Source: a virus
Taxonomy: Duplodnaviria; Caudoviricetes
IMG/VR virus record: IMGVR_UViG_3300020395_000014
Coordinates: 1-54,522 of that record
Length of the DNA: 54,522 nucleotides
Direction: 5' to 3' (one strand)
Part shown: one piece after another, positions 9,639-19,614 of the stretch
Position numbering within the stretch: position 1 is the stretch's first letter
Layout of the letters: each line of letters begins with the position of its first letter
The notes under the pieces: generated by a model
Databases searched by the model: none
What the model was told of the DNA's origin: nothing
The model's input: only the letters and a program-made list of their open reading frames with translations
Made by a program: the position numbers and the translations under genes

Positions 9639-11737
9639 TTGAAGAATCTATTATAAAATCCAATTTTATTGGAAGAGATGGGTATGTTTGGTGGATTGGA
9701 CAGGTTGCACCAGAGAAAGCTCAAGGTGCTCAAATAAATGGATCTGGTTGGGGTAACAGACGTAAAGTTCGTATAATGGGGTATCATCCTCAAAATACTG
9801 TGGAACTTCCTGATGAGGATTTACCTTGGGCAACTGTATTGTTACCAACAACTGCTGGATCTGGTAAAGGTAATAAAGCAACAACTATATCAATATCACC
9901 TGGTGATAATGTTATGGGATTTTTTGCAGATGGTGATGATGCACAACAACCTGTTATAACTGGTGTTTTTGGTAATACATTATATTCTCCAAATGGTGAA
10001 TATGAAAGACCCTTTCAACCATTTACTGGATATACAAGTAAGATAAAAAATGATGGATCTATTGTAATAGCAGATGAGACTAATGAGGAGAATGCTTTAT
10101 CACAAAAATCTCCAAGACATGTATCTACTGATATTGCAAATAAGATTAGTAGTGAAACTGAGAGAGTTGCTTCAGTTGCTGAAGGTAAAACTGTAGTATT
10201 TGGTAGTTCTTCACCAACTTCTAAAATAAGTAAGATAACAAGTGAGGTCGAAGGGCTTGTTAGTGATATTAAAGCGATAAGAAATCCTCTTGGTGAAATT
10301 TCTGATAAGATTCCTCTTAGTAAAGAAGTTGGATCAATAAAAGGTTTAATTGATTCAAAAATTGATGGGGTAACTAGTAAAATAACTGGATTATCAAATG
10401 GGTTAATTGGAGATATGACAGGGGCTCTTTATAAAGATGGAATGGCTCCAGCATTAAATGGTGGGTTAAAGACTTTATATAATGGTGTTTTTGCAACAAC
10501 TTTTGCAGCAACTAAGAGTAGAGCTAGAGCAAAACAAGCAGGAGCAGCAGCACAAGCAGCGATGTTATTACCAGTTCAAGCAATTCAGCAATTTTTACCT
10601 TGTGCAGTACAGAATGTTGCTAATTCAATTGGAGATTCAATTAAAGCATTATTGAAGGGTTTAATTGATAATGTAACAAATTTTGTTTCATGTATTGGAG
10701 AACAATTTGTTGCTGGAATTATGAATAAAATTATTGGGGGATTAACTAATGTATTGGGACCACTTATGGGAGGAGTTTCTAATATTTTAGGTGGTTTTAG
10801 TTTAGGTGGATTTCTTAGATCAAAGGCAGCAGGATTAATTGCTATTGAGAAAGCATTAAAATGTCGTCCAACTTTTAATTATGATGCTTCAAGTAATGAA
10901 TGGGTAATTGGAAAAGGTCCAAAGAGTGCTGTTGGTGTTAGTGTAGATGCTATCATGGAAGCTGCAAATGCTGCCGATGCACTTACTAAAGGTTTAGTTG
11001 ATAAGATTCAGGATCTTAGTATTGCAGGTGGTTCATTAGGAATGTTTGATTTCTTGAATCCAAGTGTATCTGCTCCAGGGTTTAGTAGTGGTCTTGGTAA
11101 ATGTTATGCTGGACCACCATTAAATTGTGCAGGAATAAAGGTTAATATTTTTGGTACTAATGGAAAAGGTGGGATAGGAAAAGCAATTGTTGGTGCTATT
11201 GTTGGTCAAGGTAATCTTGCTACTGGTAGTATTATTGGAGTAGATTTAGTAAGTGGTGGATCTGGTTATAATGCTGCACCATTTATAGAAATAACTGATG
11301 AATGTAGTAATGGATATGGTGCTATAGCAAAGGCAGTTGTTGATTTTGATGAGGATTCTCCTACTTATCAGCAAATAATTGACATTTATATTGTTTCTGA
11401 AGGTGAAAACTATCCTGTTCCTGAAACTGAAACTGGTGAAGATATTGATTATGTTCCTGGTCCTGTTGTTATTCTTGATCCTGGTGTAAAATATGATCCT
11501 GATGATAAAGTTACTGATAATGATGGAAATGAATATACAACTTATATTGACGATAATGGTAGAATAATAAATGTAATTCCACCAGATTCATCAACAACTA
11601 ATATTAAACGGGTTGAAAATCTTCCAGAACTTATTATTTCTACTAAAACTGGTAGAGGTGCTATATTAAAACCAACTCTTAGGAGAAGAGATACTTATCA
11701 GGGTGAAATAAAGCAAGTTATTGATTGTGTGAGCTAA
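9635..11737 (+). CDS. 5: baseplate hub protein gp5 (N-terminal OB fold; no recognisable lysozyme domain)
   Basis: G.DG..WW.G.V....R.KVRI.G.H......LPW; GD.V.GFF.DG..AQ.PVI.G motifs. Confidence 0.85.
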   Translation: MIEESIIKSNFIGRDGYVWWIGQVAPEKAQGAQINGSGWGNRRKVRIMGYHPQNTVELPDEDLPWATVLLPTTAGSGKGNKATTISISPGDNVMGFFADGDDAQQPVITGVFGNTLYSPNGEYERPFQPFTGYTSKIKNDGSIVIADETNEENALSQKSPRHVSTDIANKISSETERVASVAEGKTVVFGSSSPTSKISKITSEVEGLVSDIKAIRNPLGEISDKIPLSKEVGSIKGLIDSKIDGVTSKITGLSNGLIGDMTGALYKDGMAPALNGGLKTLYNGVFATTFAATKSRARAKQAGAAAQAAMLLPVQAIQQFLPCAVQNVANSIGDSIKALLKGLIDNVTNFVSCIGEQFVAGIMNKIIGGLTNVLGPLMGGVSNILGGFSLGGFLRSKAAGLIAIEKALKCRPTFNYDASSNEWVIGKGPKSAVGVSVDAIMEAANAADALTKGLVDKIQDLSIAGGSLGMFDFLNPSVSAPGFSSGLGKCYAGPPLNCAGIKVNIFGTNGKGGIGKAIVGAIVGQGNLATGSIIGVDLVSGGSGYNAAPFIEITDECSNGYGAIAKAVVDFDEDSPTYQQIIDIYIVSEGENYPVPETETGEDIDYVPGPVVILDPGVKYDPDDKVTDNDGNEYTTYIDDNGRIINVIPPDSSTTNIKRVENLPELIISTKTGRGAILKPTLRRRDTYQGEIKQVIDCVS

Positions 11738-11738
11738 G

Positions 11739-11745
11739 ATAAATA
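11739..11745 (+). promoter_or_regulatory. late promoter ATAAATA
   Basis: Intergenic, 22 nt before the ATG at 11768. Confidence 0.65.
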
Positions 11746-11767
11746 CTTAATACTAAGATATTGTAAT

Positions 11768-12430
11768 ATGGCAGAAAGACCAGATCAAAATTGGCAAAAC
11801 CGAGAGTATGTTAATTTCGGACCTGGATTTAGGATTGATACTGGAAATCCTCAGATGGGTTTGAATGGATCTACAGTCTATGACCTTTTTGGTTCTGGTG
11901 CTGATAATAACACTAGTTCTCTTGGAATGACTAATGGTGGATTGTATCACATATACAATGATCAGTGTATTGATATTGTTGGTGGTGCTAAAGCAAAAGA
12001 TGGTGAATGTTGTATTAATATTATTGGTAAGAATGGGGATGTTACCATAACTGCAATGGCAAATGGTCAAGTTAAAATAACTGGTAAAAATATTACAATT
12101 GATGCTGATGAAGATATTAAAATAGATGCTGGAAAAAAGATGACTTTAAAAGCATCGAATGAAATTGAATTGGATACACCTGTTTTAAATACCACTGCTA
12201 TGGCTGGTAATCTTGCTCCTCGTGATGTAACTTTTGGTGGATTGGTCTTTAGTGGTACTGAGGTTGGAACACCTGAGATTGCAAAATCATTTACTGGTGG
12301 TTCTTTTAAAAGTCCATTTAAAGATATGGCAAGTAGTATGGAGAAAATGGCAGCAAATTCTGGTATTAATGCTGCATCTATTGAGAGTGCTGCTTCCAGT
12401 CTTGAGGATAAACTTGGAGGACTTCTATAA
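11768..12430 (+). CDS. gp5 C-terminal-like beta-helical spike protein
   Basis: Repeated short beta strands (GDVTITAMANGQVKITGKNITIDADEDIKIDAGKKMTLKA) as in gp5/VgrG spikes. Confidence 0.6.
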   Translation: MAERPDQNWQNREYVNFGPGFRIDTGNPQMGLNGSTVYDLFGSGADNNTSSLGMTNGGLYHIYNDQCIDIVGGAKAKDGECCINIIGKNGDVTITAMANGQVKITGKNITIDADEDIKIDAGKKMTLKASNEIELDTPVLNTTAMAGNLAPRDVTFGGLVFSGTEVGTPEIAKSFTGGSFKSPFKDMASSMEKMAANSGINAASIESAASSLEDKLGGLL

Positions 12431-15400
12431 TGACTCAGGAAGAGAATTTTGGGGGACTGGATAATTTTAAGGTAGGTAATGTTGCCGAATTTTATAATGA
12501 TGTTCATGTTTATGGAAAATTATATGCTGATTTAGAAGGAACTGCTTCTGGAGGTACAGGAACAGGTGGTGATGGGACATTTATAAATCTTGACGTAGAA
12601 AAGAATATTACTATTGGTGGTGATTTAAGAGTTGAAAATCTTATTGATACCGATTATTTGACAGTAAGACACAGACTTCATGTAGGTGTTGGTGGTACTG
12701 TATTAACAGTTATATCAAAAGGTGAGATAGCTGATGGTGAATATGGTAATAGAGTAGGTATAGGTACTACCCAACCAGATACAAAATTCCAAGTAGGAGA
12801 TAAATCTTTTGTTGTTACTGAAGGTGGTTCTACAGGTATAGGTACTACTCAACCTGATGGAATATTCCAAGTAGGTAATGAATGTTTAACTGTTACTGTT
12901 AACCCGTGTAGAGTCGGAATAGCAACTACAGTACCTGATGGAAGATTTCAAGTTGGATATAGAGAAAAATCGTTTATTGTTGCTTCTGATCCAGTAACTG
13001 GAGTATCTTCGGTAGGTATAGGAACTACTCAACCGTATCAAAGATTCCAAGTTGGAAAATGGGATGACTCTTTTGTTGTTACTGATACTGGTATAGTTGG
13101 TATTGGAAGTACAAATCCTGGTAATATACCTGGATACAATGCTTCGCAAGAAGGTCCGATTAAACTTGATATTGAAGGATCTGTAAAGATTGATAAAAAT
13201 ATTATTGACTCTGCAGATTCTCCAGGTGCAAATGGATGGTATTTAAATCGAGATTCTAATGGAATTAGGTGGGTAAATGCATCTCCTGTAAATCTTGATG
13301 GAATATATGTACAGGATGAGAGTGTTTATTTACCTATTAATGGTACTTCTCAGTTATTCTCGACTATTAATTTTAGACAGGTTAATAGTCTTGGATTAGG
13401 AACTGATACCGTACTTCCTATCCCTGATCCAGAAAATCCAACACAAATTGCAAGAATACAAACTCAAGATTTGTGGGGTCATGTAGGATCTGCTAATGAT
13501 GCACCAATCTATAGGATGACTAAGGTTGGTATTAAAAATGATAATCCAAGTACTGATTTAGATATTTCTGGCACAGTTCATGCAACAGGTGCTGTTGATT
13601 TTGACACTACATTGAATACTGATGGTGCTGTTACATTTAATTCTACATTAGACGTAGATGGTGCTACAACTCTTAATAATACATTAGATGTAGATGGAAT
13701 AGCAACATTTAATGATCTTACAGATTCTACAAGTCCTACTGCTCCTGCTTCCGTTCAAATTGATGGTGGTGTTGGAATAGCAAAGAGATTATTTGTTGGT
13801 GGAGATACTAAAATTGAATCACCAACACAATCCACAACTAAAGACATTGGTGCTCTTGTAGTTGATGGTGGTGTTGGTATTGAGAAAGACGTTAATATTG
13901 GTGGTGATCTTCATATTCATGGTACTACACAATCTCCAACTAAGGATCTTGGTGCTTTAATAGTTGAAGGTGGTGTTGGAATTGAGAAGAACTTAAATGT
14001 TGGACAGAATACAAAACTTATTGGTACTTTAGAATTAGAAAGTTCTTTAATTGATTATAATAATTTAATACCAGATCCTAACGATGCGTCTAATCCAAGA
14101 AAGGATTGGAGATTAACTTCTATTGGTGTTGGTGTATCTTGGAGACCATCTGGTGTTGAAACTGAAAATATTATCTTTGTTACATTGGATGGTGATGATG
14201 ATAATGAGGGGCTATTAGAGGGTGATGCCTTAAGAACTATTGGTAAAGCAGCAGAAAAAGCACAACCAGGAGATACAATTAAAGTTCGTTCTGGTGTATA
14301 TTATGAAGATAATCCGATTGGATTAAGAACAGATGTTACTGTAAAGGGAGAAGATATTAGACTTGTAACAATTATACCTAATAATCCTAATTGGGATGTA
14401 TTCCATGTTAGAAGAGGATGTTTGATTGAAAATCTAAATTTCTCTGGTACATCAGTATCACAAGATAATACGGATTGTGCTGCAGTTGCTTTCCCACCAA
14501 CACAAGCGTATATTAGTGCTGGAGTTTCACCTGCAGCTGTAAGTGGTTTTCTTGATGTTGGTCCTGCAAATGAAGGACCAAGTGGTAGATGGAGATCTCC
14601 ATATATTAGAAACTGTACTAATTTTATGAGTAAGAGTATTGGTATGAGGATCAATGGTCATCATGTTGATGCTTCATTTACTGGAACTAATGATCTTGGA
14701 CAAGATTTAAAGAGTATGGTTTGTGACTCATTTACACAATATAATGAAGCAGGTATTGGTGTTTCTATTTCTAATAATGGATATGCCCAATTAGTTTCTA
14801 TCTTTACGATTGGAAATCAAATAGGTATTGGTTGTACATCTGGTGGGCAATGTGACTTAACAAACTCAAACTCTTCATTTGGTACTTATGGATTAGTTTC
14901 TGACGGTACTAGTGTTGTTGAATTTGATGGTAATTTAAATGCTGATATAAACGGTGAATCTGATATAGTGGTATTAAATCAAGTTAGAGATTTTAATACA
15001 CCCAGACAATTTAGAACTCCATTTGATGGACAAGGTGCTTATTTCCATTTAGATATGAATGATTATCCAGATAGTCCATCTAGTGCATCAATTACCAAAC
15101 CTTTACAATTTATAAGAGGTGTTACTGTTGTTAATGGTGGTAATCCTGGTGATTATGCTGCATCTGCACCTCCTCTTGTTACTGCTACTCTTCCAGAAGG
15201 TCCAGAATCAATTTTTGCTGAGTTTTCTCCTAATGTAAGTGCTGCTGGAACTATTACTTCTGTTGATATTATTGCTAGTGGTAGGAATTTCTTACCAACC
15301 CAAAATGTTGTTTTGAGTATTTCTGGAAATGGATCTGCACAATTAACAGCAGATATGGATCCAATTTTATATACTATTGATGAAGCAACCACAGTTTCTT

Positions 15401-15762
15401 CAGTTACTGGATTATCTACAGTAACTTTTAATGAGTTTATACCTTATAAGGTTAAGTCTACAAGTAAGATGGAATTTGTAAGATTGAGTAGAATTATAAC
15501 CAGTTCACATTCCTTTGAATATATTGGTGCAGGTACGGATATAAATATTGCGAACCCCTTCCAAGGTGGAAAACCAATACCTGAGAATGAAGTTGTTGCT
15601 ATAAACGGTGGACAATGCCCATTCACAAGTACCGATCAGAAAGGTAATTTTAGAATTGGTGATGGTCTAACTATTGACCAGACAACTTCTACTATTAGAG
15701 GAAGAGACTTTAATAGAGCAATACAAGCACAAATGACCCCGTTAATTTTAGCGTTGAGATAA
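12430..15762 (+). CDS. virion structural/fibre protein with VGIGTTxP and GGVGI repeats and a C-terminal beta-helix-like domain
   Basis: About five VGIG.T.P..FQVG repeats; three GAL.V.GGVGI.K-type repeats; TI..A...A.PGDTI.V.SG.Y.E beta-helix cap. Confidence 0.75.
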   Translation: MTQEENFGGLDNFKVGNVAEFYNDVHVYGKLYADLEGTASGGTGTGGDGTFINLDVEKNITIGGDLRVENLIDTDYLTVRHRLHVGVGGTVLTVISKGEIADGEYGNRVGIGTTQPDTKFQVGDKSFVVTEGGSTGIGTTQPDGIFQVGNECLTVTVNPCRVGIATTVPDGRFQVGYREKSFIVASDPVTGVSSVGIGTTQPYQRFQVGKWDDSFVVTDTGIVGIGSTNPGNIPGYNASQEGPIKLDIEGSVKIDKNIIDSADSPGANGWYLNRDSNGIRWVNASPVNLDGIYVQDESVYLPINGTSQLFSTINFRQVNSLGLGTDTVLPIPDPENPTQIARIQTQDLWGHVGSANDAPIYRMTKVGIKNDNPSTDLDISGTVHATGAVDFDTTLNTDGAVTFNSTLDVDGATTLNNTLDVDGIATFNDLTDSTSPTAPASVQIDGGVGIAKRLFVGGDTKIESPTQSTTKDIGALVVDGGVGIEKDVNIGGDLHIHGTTQSPTKDLGALIVEGGVGIEKNLNVGQNTKLIGTLELESSLIDYNNLIPDPNDASNPRKDWRLTSIGVGVSWRPSGVETENIIFVTLDGDDDNEGLLEGDALRTIGKAAEKAQPGDTIKVRSGVYYEDNPIGLRTDVTVKGEDIRLVTIIPNNPNWDVFHVRRGCLIENLNFSGTSVSQDNTDCAAVAFPPTQAYISAGVSPAAVSGFLDVGPANEGPSGRWRSPYIRNCTNFMSKSIGMRINGHHVDASFTGTNDLGQDLKSMVCDSFTQYNEAGIGVSISNNGYAQLVSIFTIGNQIGIGCTSGGQCDLTNSNSSFGTYGLVSDGTSVVEFDGNLNADINGESDIVVLNQVRDFNTPRQFRTPFDGQGAYFHLDMNDYPDSPSSASITKPLQFIRGVTVVNGGNPGDYAASAPPLVTATLPEGPESIFAEFSPNVSAAGTITSVDIIASGRNFLPTQNVVLSISGNGSAQLTADMDPILYTIDEATTVSSVTGLSTVTFNEFIPYKVKSTSKMEFVRLSRIITSSHSFEYIGAGTDINIANPFQGGKPIPENEVVAINGGQCPFTSTDQKGNFRIGDGLTIDQTTSTIRGRDFNRAIQAQMTPLILALR

Positions 15763-15763
15763 G

Positions 15764-16801
15764 ATGGCAATAGCACCCGTAAATAAGTTTATTAATATTG
15801 CTGTTCCAGTTTCTCCTGGATTGCAAAAAATATATGAGGTTCCAACTGGTAGTACATCTTTGTTGTTATATGCTCAAGTTGCAAATGTTGGTGTTGGCAT
15901 AACTTACCCAAAAGTTACATTTTTTCAAAGAAGAGAATCAAGAAGTACTGGTAATACAAGAGATGTAAGAATTATACAAGATGCAGAAATACCACCTAAT
16001 GATGCTTTAATATTAGTAGATGGTAGAATAGTTTTAGAAAAAACTCCTATAGTTCTTGATAGGGTTTATATTAAAGGTACTCAACAGAATGTTGGTATAG
16101 TTACTGGTGTTGATTATGATGAACCAACAGGAATTGCTACTGTAATGTGTAAAGAAAATCATGGATTTATTGCTGGAAATGAAGTTACTTTAGGTGGATT
16201 GTATTTTACTTGCTCATCATATTCTGGAATTACAACTAATGTTTTTCCAGACCCTCAACAATCTTATACTGTTGATAGTATAGTTGATAATGTTGGTATA
16301 TCAAGAACATTTTCAATGACTGTTGGAGGAGCAAGTGGTAATCCTCATACTTATAATTCTGCTTTACATAGATTCTCAAGAGCAAATTTTGAAGCAGTTG
16401 AAGTTATAAGTGGTGGTTCTTCTGGGTCTAAATTTAATGTTACTCATGCATTGTATAATGGAGATAATATTGCAAAAACTATGGAGGGTATTACTTTAGC
16501 ACCTGGAGAATTGGTATTGACTATAGGTGCTAATAGTTTATCTAATGGTGATAAAATTAAGATAGTGGATAATTCAGTATTCTTTAGATGCTCTATGGAT
16601 GATTATTATACGGAACATTCTTATCCACGAGATACTGATCCTGCTGGATCATCATCAACATCTACTAATGAACTAACAATTGCTGTTGTTGCTACTAATA
16701 GTAGTATAAGGGTTAATGTTGGTCAGAGTCGTGCTGGTGGATTTGTTGCTCCTTTGGAAATGGAATTAACTGCGAGTGTCTTAGAAAACAGTAATGTCTA
16801 A
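15764..16801 (+). CDS. virion structural protein
   Basis: Beta-rich; Y...TG..T.....HG...G..V.L.GL module typical of cyanomyovirus virion proteins. Confidence 0.6.
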   Translation: MAIAPVNKFINIAVPVSPGLQKIYEVPTGSTSLLLYAQVANVGVGITYPKVTFFQRRESRSTGNTRDVRIIQDAEIPPNDALILVDGRIVLEKTPIVLDRVYIKGTQQNVGIVTGVDYDEPTGIATVMCKENHGFIAGNEVTLGGLYFTCSSYSGITTNVFPDPQQSYTVDSIVDNVGISRTFSMTVGGASGNPHTYNSALHRFSRANFEAVEVISGGSSGSKFNVTHALYNGDNIAKTMEGITLAPGELVLTIGANSLSNGDKIKIVDNSVFFRCSMDDYYTEHSYPRDTDPAGSSSTSTNELTIAVVATNSSIRVNVGQSRAGGFVAPLEMELTASVLENSNV

Positions 16802-19163
16802 GAAGTATATTAGCGGTAGGGCTAAACGAACCCCCCAAGATCAATTAAAGGACGATAGGTATAGGTATCTTGGATTAGAACAGGCAGAGCCTAATCTTGC
16901 CGATCCTATAACTAGCCCTCCTGTTCCTTCTGGACAACAGTATCAGTTGGTTTCTGTTCCTGGTTTTGAGGGTAAAAGATATTGGGTTCCTGTTGGTGGT
17001 GGAGTAATTCCAGGTGCTATTAGTGTATATGATGAAGGTATTCTTGTTAGTGCTGCAAGTAGTATAACCCAACTTAATTTTGTAGGTGCAGCAGTAACGG
17101 CTCAAGTAGATGTTCAACATCCTTCTGGTCATCCAGGTATTGCTGCAACTGTAACAGTTATTCCTGTTACTATAGGAGAAGATCCTCCATTAGATCCAAA
17201 TCATGGTGAATTGTGGTGGGAAAATGATCATGGTGATTTGTGTATTTACTATGATGATGGTGATAGTAGTCAATGGGTAACAGTAATTGCTGGTGGTGGA
17301 GTTGGTCCTCCAGGTCCTCCAGGTTCTCCTGGACCAGGTGGTGGTCCTCCTGGACCTCCTGGACCTCCAGGTTCTGGTGGTGGTGATGGAAGTCCAGGTG
17401 AAGATGGTCCTCCTGGTCCTCCTGGTCCTCCAGGTGGTCCTCCTGGACCTCCTGGACCTCCAGGTTCTGGTGGTGGTGATGGTAATCCTGGTCCTCCTGG
17501 TCCTCCTGGACCTGGTGGTGGAACCATTGATAGTGTAAAGCAATACAGAACTCCTGGTGTAGAGAGGAGTTGTGAAAGTCCAGTATTTGTAGTTAATAAT
17601 GATACTATTGGTATTGGATCTACAAGTAATGCTTACGGAAATAGATTTTCTCAAGAGGAAGATCCAACAACTGCTCCTGGTGGTAGTTGGACTGTTTGTG
17701 ATGGTGATTTATGGTATGATACTTCAGCAACTTCAGGATCTGCTTCTGGTAGCGGTATTTCTTTAAATATAAATCTTCAAGATATTTTATCATTATCTAA
17801 TGATGGAGAACTTAGTGCTGATGATGCAAATGCGGATAATATAGTTTTTTGGGATGATTCTGAATCAAAATTAACATATTTAACTCTTGGTACAAATTTA
17901 TCAATCACTGGTAATACAATTAATGCTTCTGGTGGTGGAGTAACTGATGGAGATAAAGGAGATATAACCGTATCAAATGCTGGTACAAATTCTGAGAATT
18001 GGAATATTGATGCTGATACTGTTGGTACTACTGAATTATCTGCAACAGGTACAGCAGATGCTACAACATTCTTGAGAGGAGATAATACTTGGCAGCCTAT
18101 TAGTGGTATTGGTGGTGGAGGTGGTAGTCCAGGTGGTTCAACAACATTTCTTGGACTTACTGATACACCAAATTCATTTACTGCTAATAAGTGGTTAAAG
18201 GTAAATTCTAATGGAGATGCTCTTGAATGGACAGATGCTCCTACTGGTGCTACTGTAACTACTGATGATGTTCCACCAAGCAATCCTTCTGATGGCGATC
18301 TTTGGTGGGATTCTGTCAATGGTATTTTAAATGTATATTATGAAGATGCTGATAGTTCACAATGGGTTAATGCCAGTGGTAGAGGTACAGGTGGTAGTGG
18401 AGGTAGTGGTCTTAGTGTAGTTACTGATGATGTTCCACCAAGTAATCCTTCTGACGGTGATCTTTGGTGGGATTCTGTCAATGGTGAGTTAAAGGTATAT
18501 TACGAAGACGTTGATAGTTCTCAGTGGGTTGATGCTAGTGGCGGTGGTGCAGAAGGTCCACCTGGTCCTCCTGGTGCTGATTCAACTGTAGAAGGTCCAC
18601 CTGGTCCTCCTGGTACTCCTGGCGGTCCACCTGGTCCACCTGGTCCTCCTGGTGCTGATTCAACTGTAGAAGGTCCACCTGGTCCTCCTGGTGCTGATTC
18701 AACTGTAGAAGGTCCGCCTGGTCCTCCTGGTGCTGATTCAACTGTAGAAGGTCCGCCTGGTCCTCCTGGTGCTGATTCAACTACTCCTGGACCTCCAGGT
18801 CCACCAGGAGGTGGAGCATTAGTAACTACTGATGATGTTCCTCCAAGTAATCCTTCTGATGGTGATCTTTGGTGGAATTCTGTTGATGGTATTTTAAATG
18901 TATACTATCAAGATGCTGATAGTTCTCAGTGGGTTAATGCCAGTGGTAGGGGTACAGGAAGTGGCGGTGGTGGTACATCAGTAACTACTGATGATACTCC
19001 TCCAAGTAACCCTTCTGATGGTGATTTATGGTGGGATTCGGATACAGGTGAGTTAAAGATATATTATCAAGATGTTGATAGTTCTCAGTGGGTTGATGCT
19101 GCTAGTGGAGGAAGTTCTTCTGGCACTGGTATGTTTAGATCTAATTGGGATATGCCCCTCTAA
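16794..19163 (+). CDS. collagen-like fibre scaffold with five DGDLWW domains plus one half-domain
   Basis: GPP repeats; five P..P..G(D/E)LWW.....L..YY.D..SSQWV copies; ends MFRSNWDMPL. Confidence 0.8.
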   Translation: MSKKYISGRAKRTPQDQLKDDRYRYLGLEQAEPNLADPITSPPVPSGQQYQLVSVPGFEGKRYWVPVGGGVIPGAISVYDEGILVSAASSITQLNFVGAAVTAQVDVQHPSGHPGIAATVTVIPVTIGEDPPLDPNHGELWWENDHGDLCIYYDDGDSSQWVTVIAGGGVGPPGPPGSPGPGGGPPGPPGPPGSGGGDGSPGEDGPPGPPGPPGGPPGPPGPPGSGGGDGNPGPPGPPGPGGGTIDSVKQYRTPGVERSCESPVFVVNNDTIGIGSTSNAYGNRFSQEEDPTTAPGGSWTVCDGDLWYDTSATSGSASGSGISLNINLQDILSLSNDGELSADDANADNIVFWDDSESKLTYLTLGTNLSITGNTINASGGGVTDGDKGDITVSNAGTNSENWNIDADTVGTTELSATGTADATTFLRGDNTWQPISGIGGGGGSPGGSTTFLGLTDTPNSFTANKWLKVNSNGDALEWTDAPTGATVTTDDVPPSNPSDGDLWWDSVNGILNVYYEDADSSQWVNASGRGTGGSGGSGLSVVTDDVPPSNPSDGDLWWDSVNGELKVYYEDVDSSQWVDASGGGAEGPPGPPGADSTVEGPPGPPGTPGGPPGPPGPPGADSTVEGPPGPPGADSTVEGPPGPPGADSTVEGPPGPPGADSTTPGPPGPPGGGALVTTDDVPPSNPSDGDLWWNSVDGILNVYYQDADSSQWVNASGRGTGSGGGGTSVTTDDTPPSNPSDGDLWWDSDTGELKIYYQDVDSSQWVDAASGGSSSGTGMFRSNWDMPL
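18552..18783 (+). repeat. 39-bp tandem repeat encoding [13 protein letters not shown]
   Basis: gaaggtcc(a/g)cctggtcctcctggtgctgattcaactgta repeated about 5 times with one interruption. Confidence 0.9.
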
Positions 19164-19166
19164 ATA
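19160..19166 (+). promoter_or_regulatory. late promoter CTAAATA overlapping the upstream stop codon
   Basis: ctaaatagtaaacagga...attatggcagcaacagt; same context recurs at 38938. Confidence 0.7.
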
Positions 19167-19187
19167 GTAAACAGGAATTAGAATATT

Positions 19188-19577
19188 ATGGCAGCAACAG
19201 TCTTAACAGGAACAATACCTAATGGTGGTAGTTTTAGTTACACCAATAATACTGGTGGAAATGTTAGATTTATAGTTTATCTTTTAAGTGCTGGCTATAG
19301 CAATGGTAGTAGTGCAGCTGGAACATTTAGAATTGGTGGTTCAGGTAATAATGGGGTACAATGGACTCTATATGAAACCACTAATGTTGGTAAATATGTA
19401 GCTAACGGGGGGTCCGCAGCATTTCCACATGGATTTGCAAAACAAAATGAAGGAGAACCATTTCCAGTTGAATTTATGTTAGGTGATGGTCATTCTGTTA
19501 ACTGGAATCCACCAACAGCAACTAGTTGGTTTTCTAATCCAAAATATAATTTTGTGGTGATACCAGAAAATGGATAA
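19188..19577 (+). CDS. small beta-rich virion protein (paralog of 38967..39341)
   Basis: MAATV..G....SYTN.TG.NVR ... EF.L.DGH ... YN.VVIPE.G shared with the 38967 ORF. Confidence 0.75.
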   Translation: MAATVLTGTIPNGGSFSYTNNTGGNVRFIVYLLSAGYSNGSSAAGTFRIGGSGNNGVQWTLYETTNVGKYVANGGSAAFPHGFAKQNEGEPFPVEFMLGDGHSVNWNPPTATSWFSNPKYNFVVIPENG

Positions 19578-19581
19578 CAAA

Positions 19582-19588
19582 ATAAATA
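19582..19588 (+). promoter_or_regulatory. late promoter ATAAATA
   Basis: Intergenic, before the GTG start at 19615. Confidence 0.65.
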
Positions 19589-19614
19589 CTTTCACATTAA
19601 GAGGTTAAAAATAG

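Noticed and set aside
18552-18783. Regularly spaced repeats resembling a CRISPR array
   Set aside because: Contiguous in-frame 39-bp coding units with no unique spacers and no cas genes
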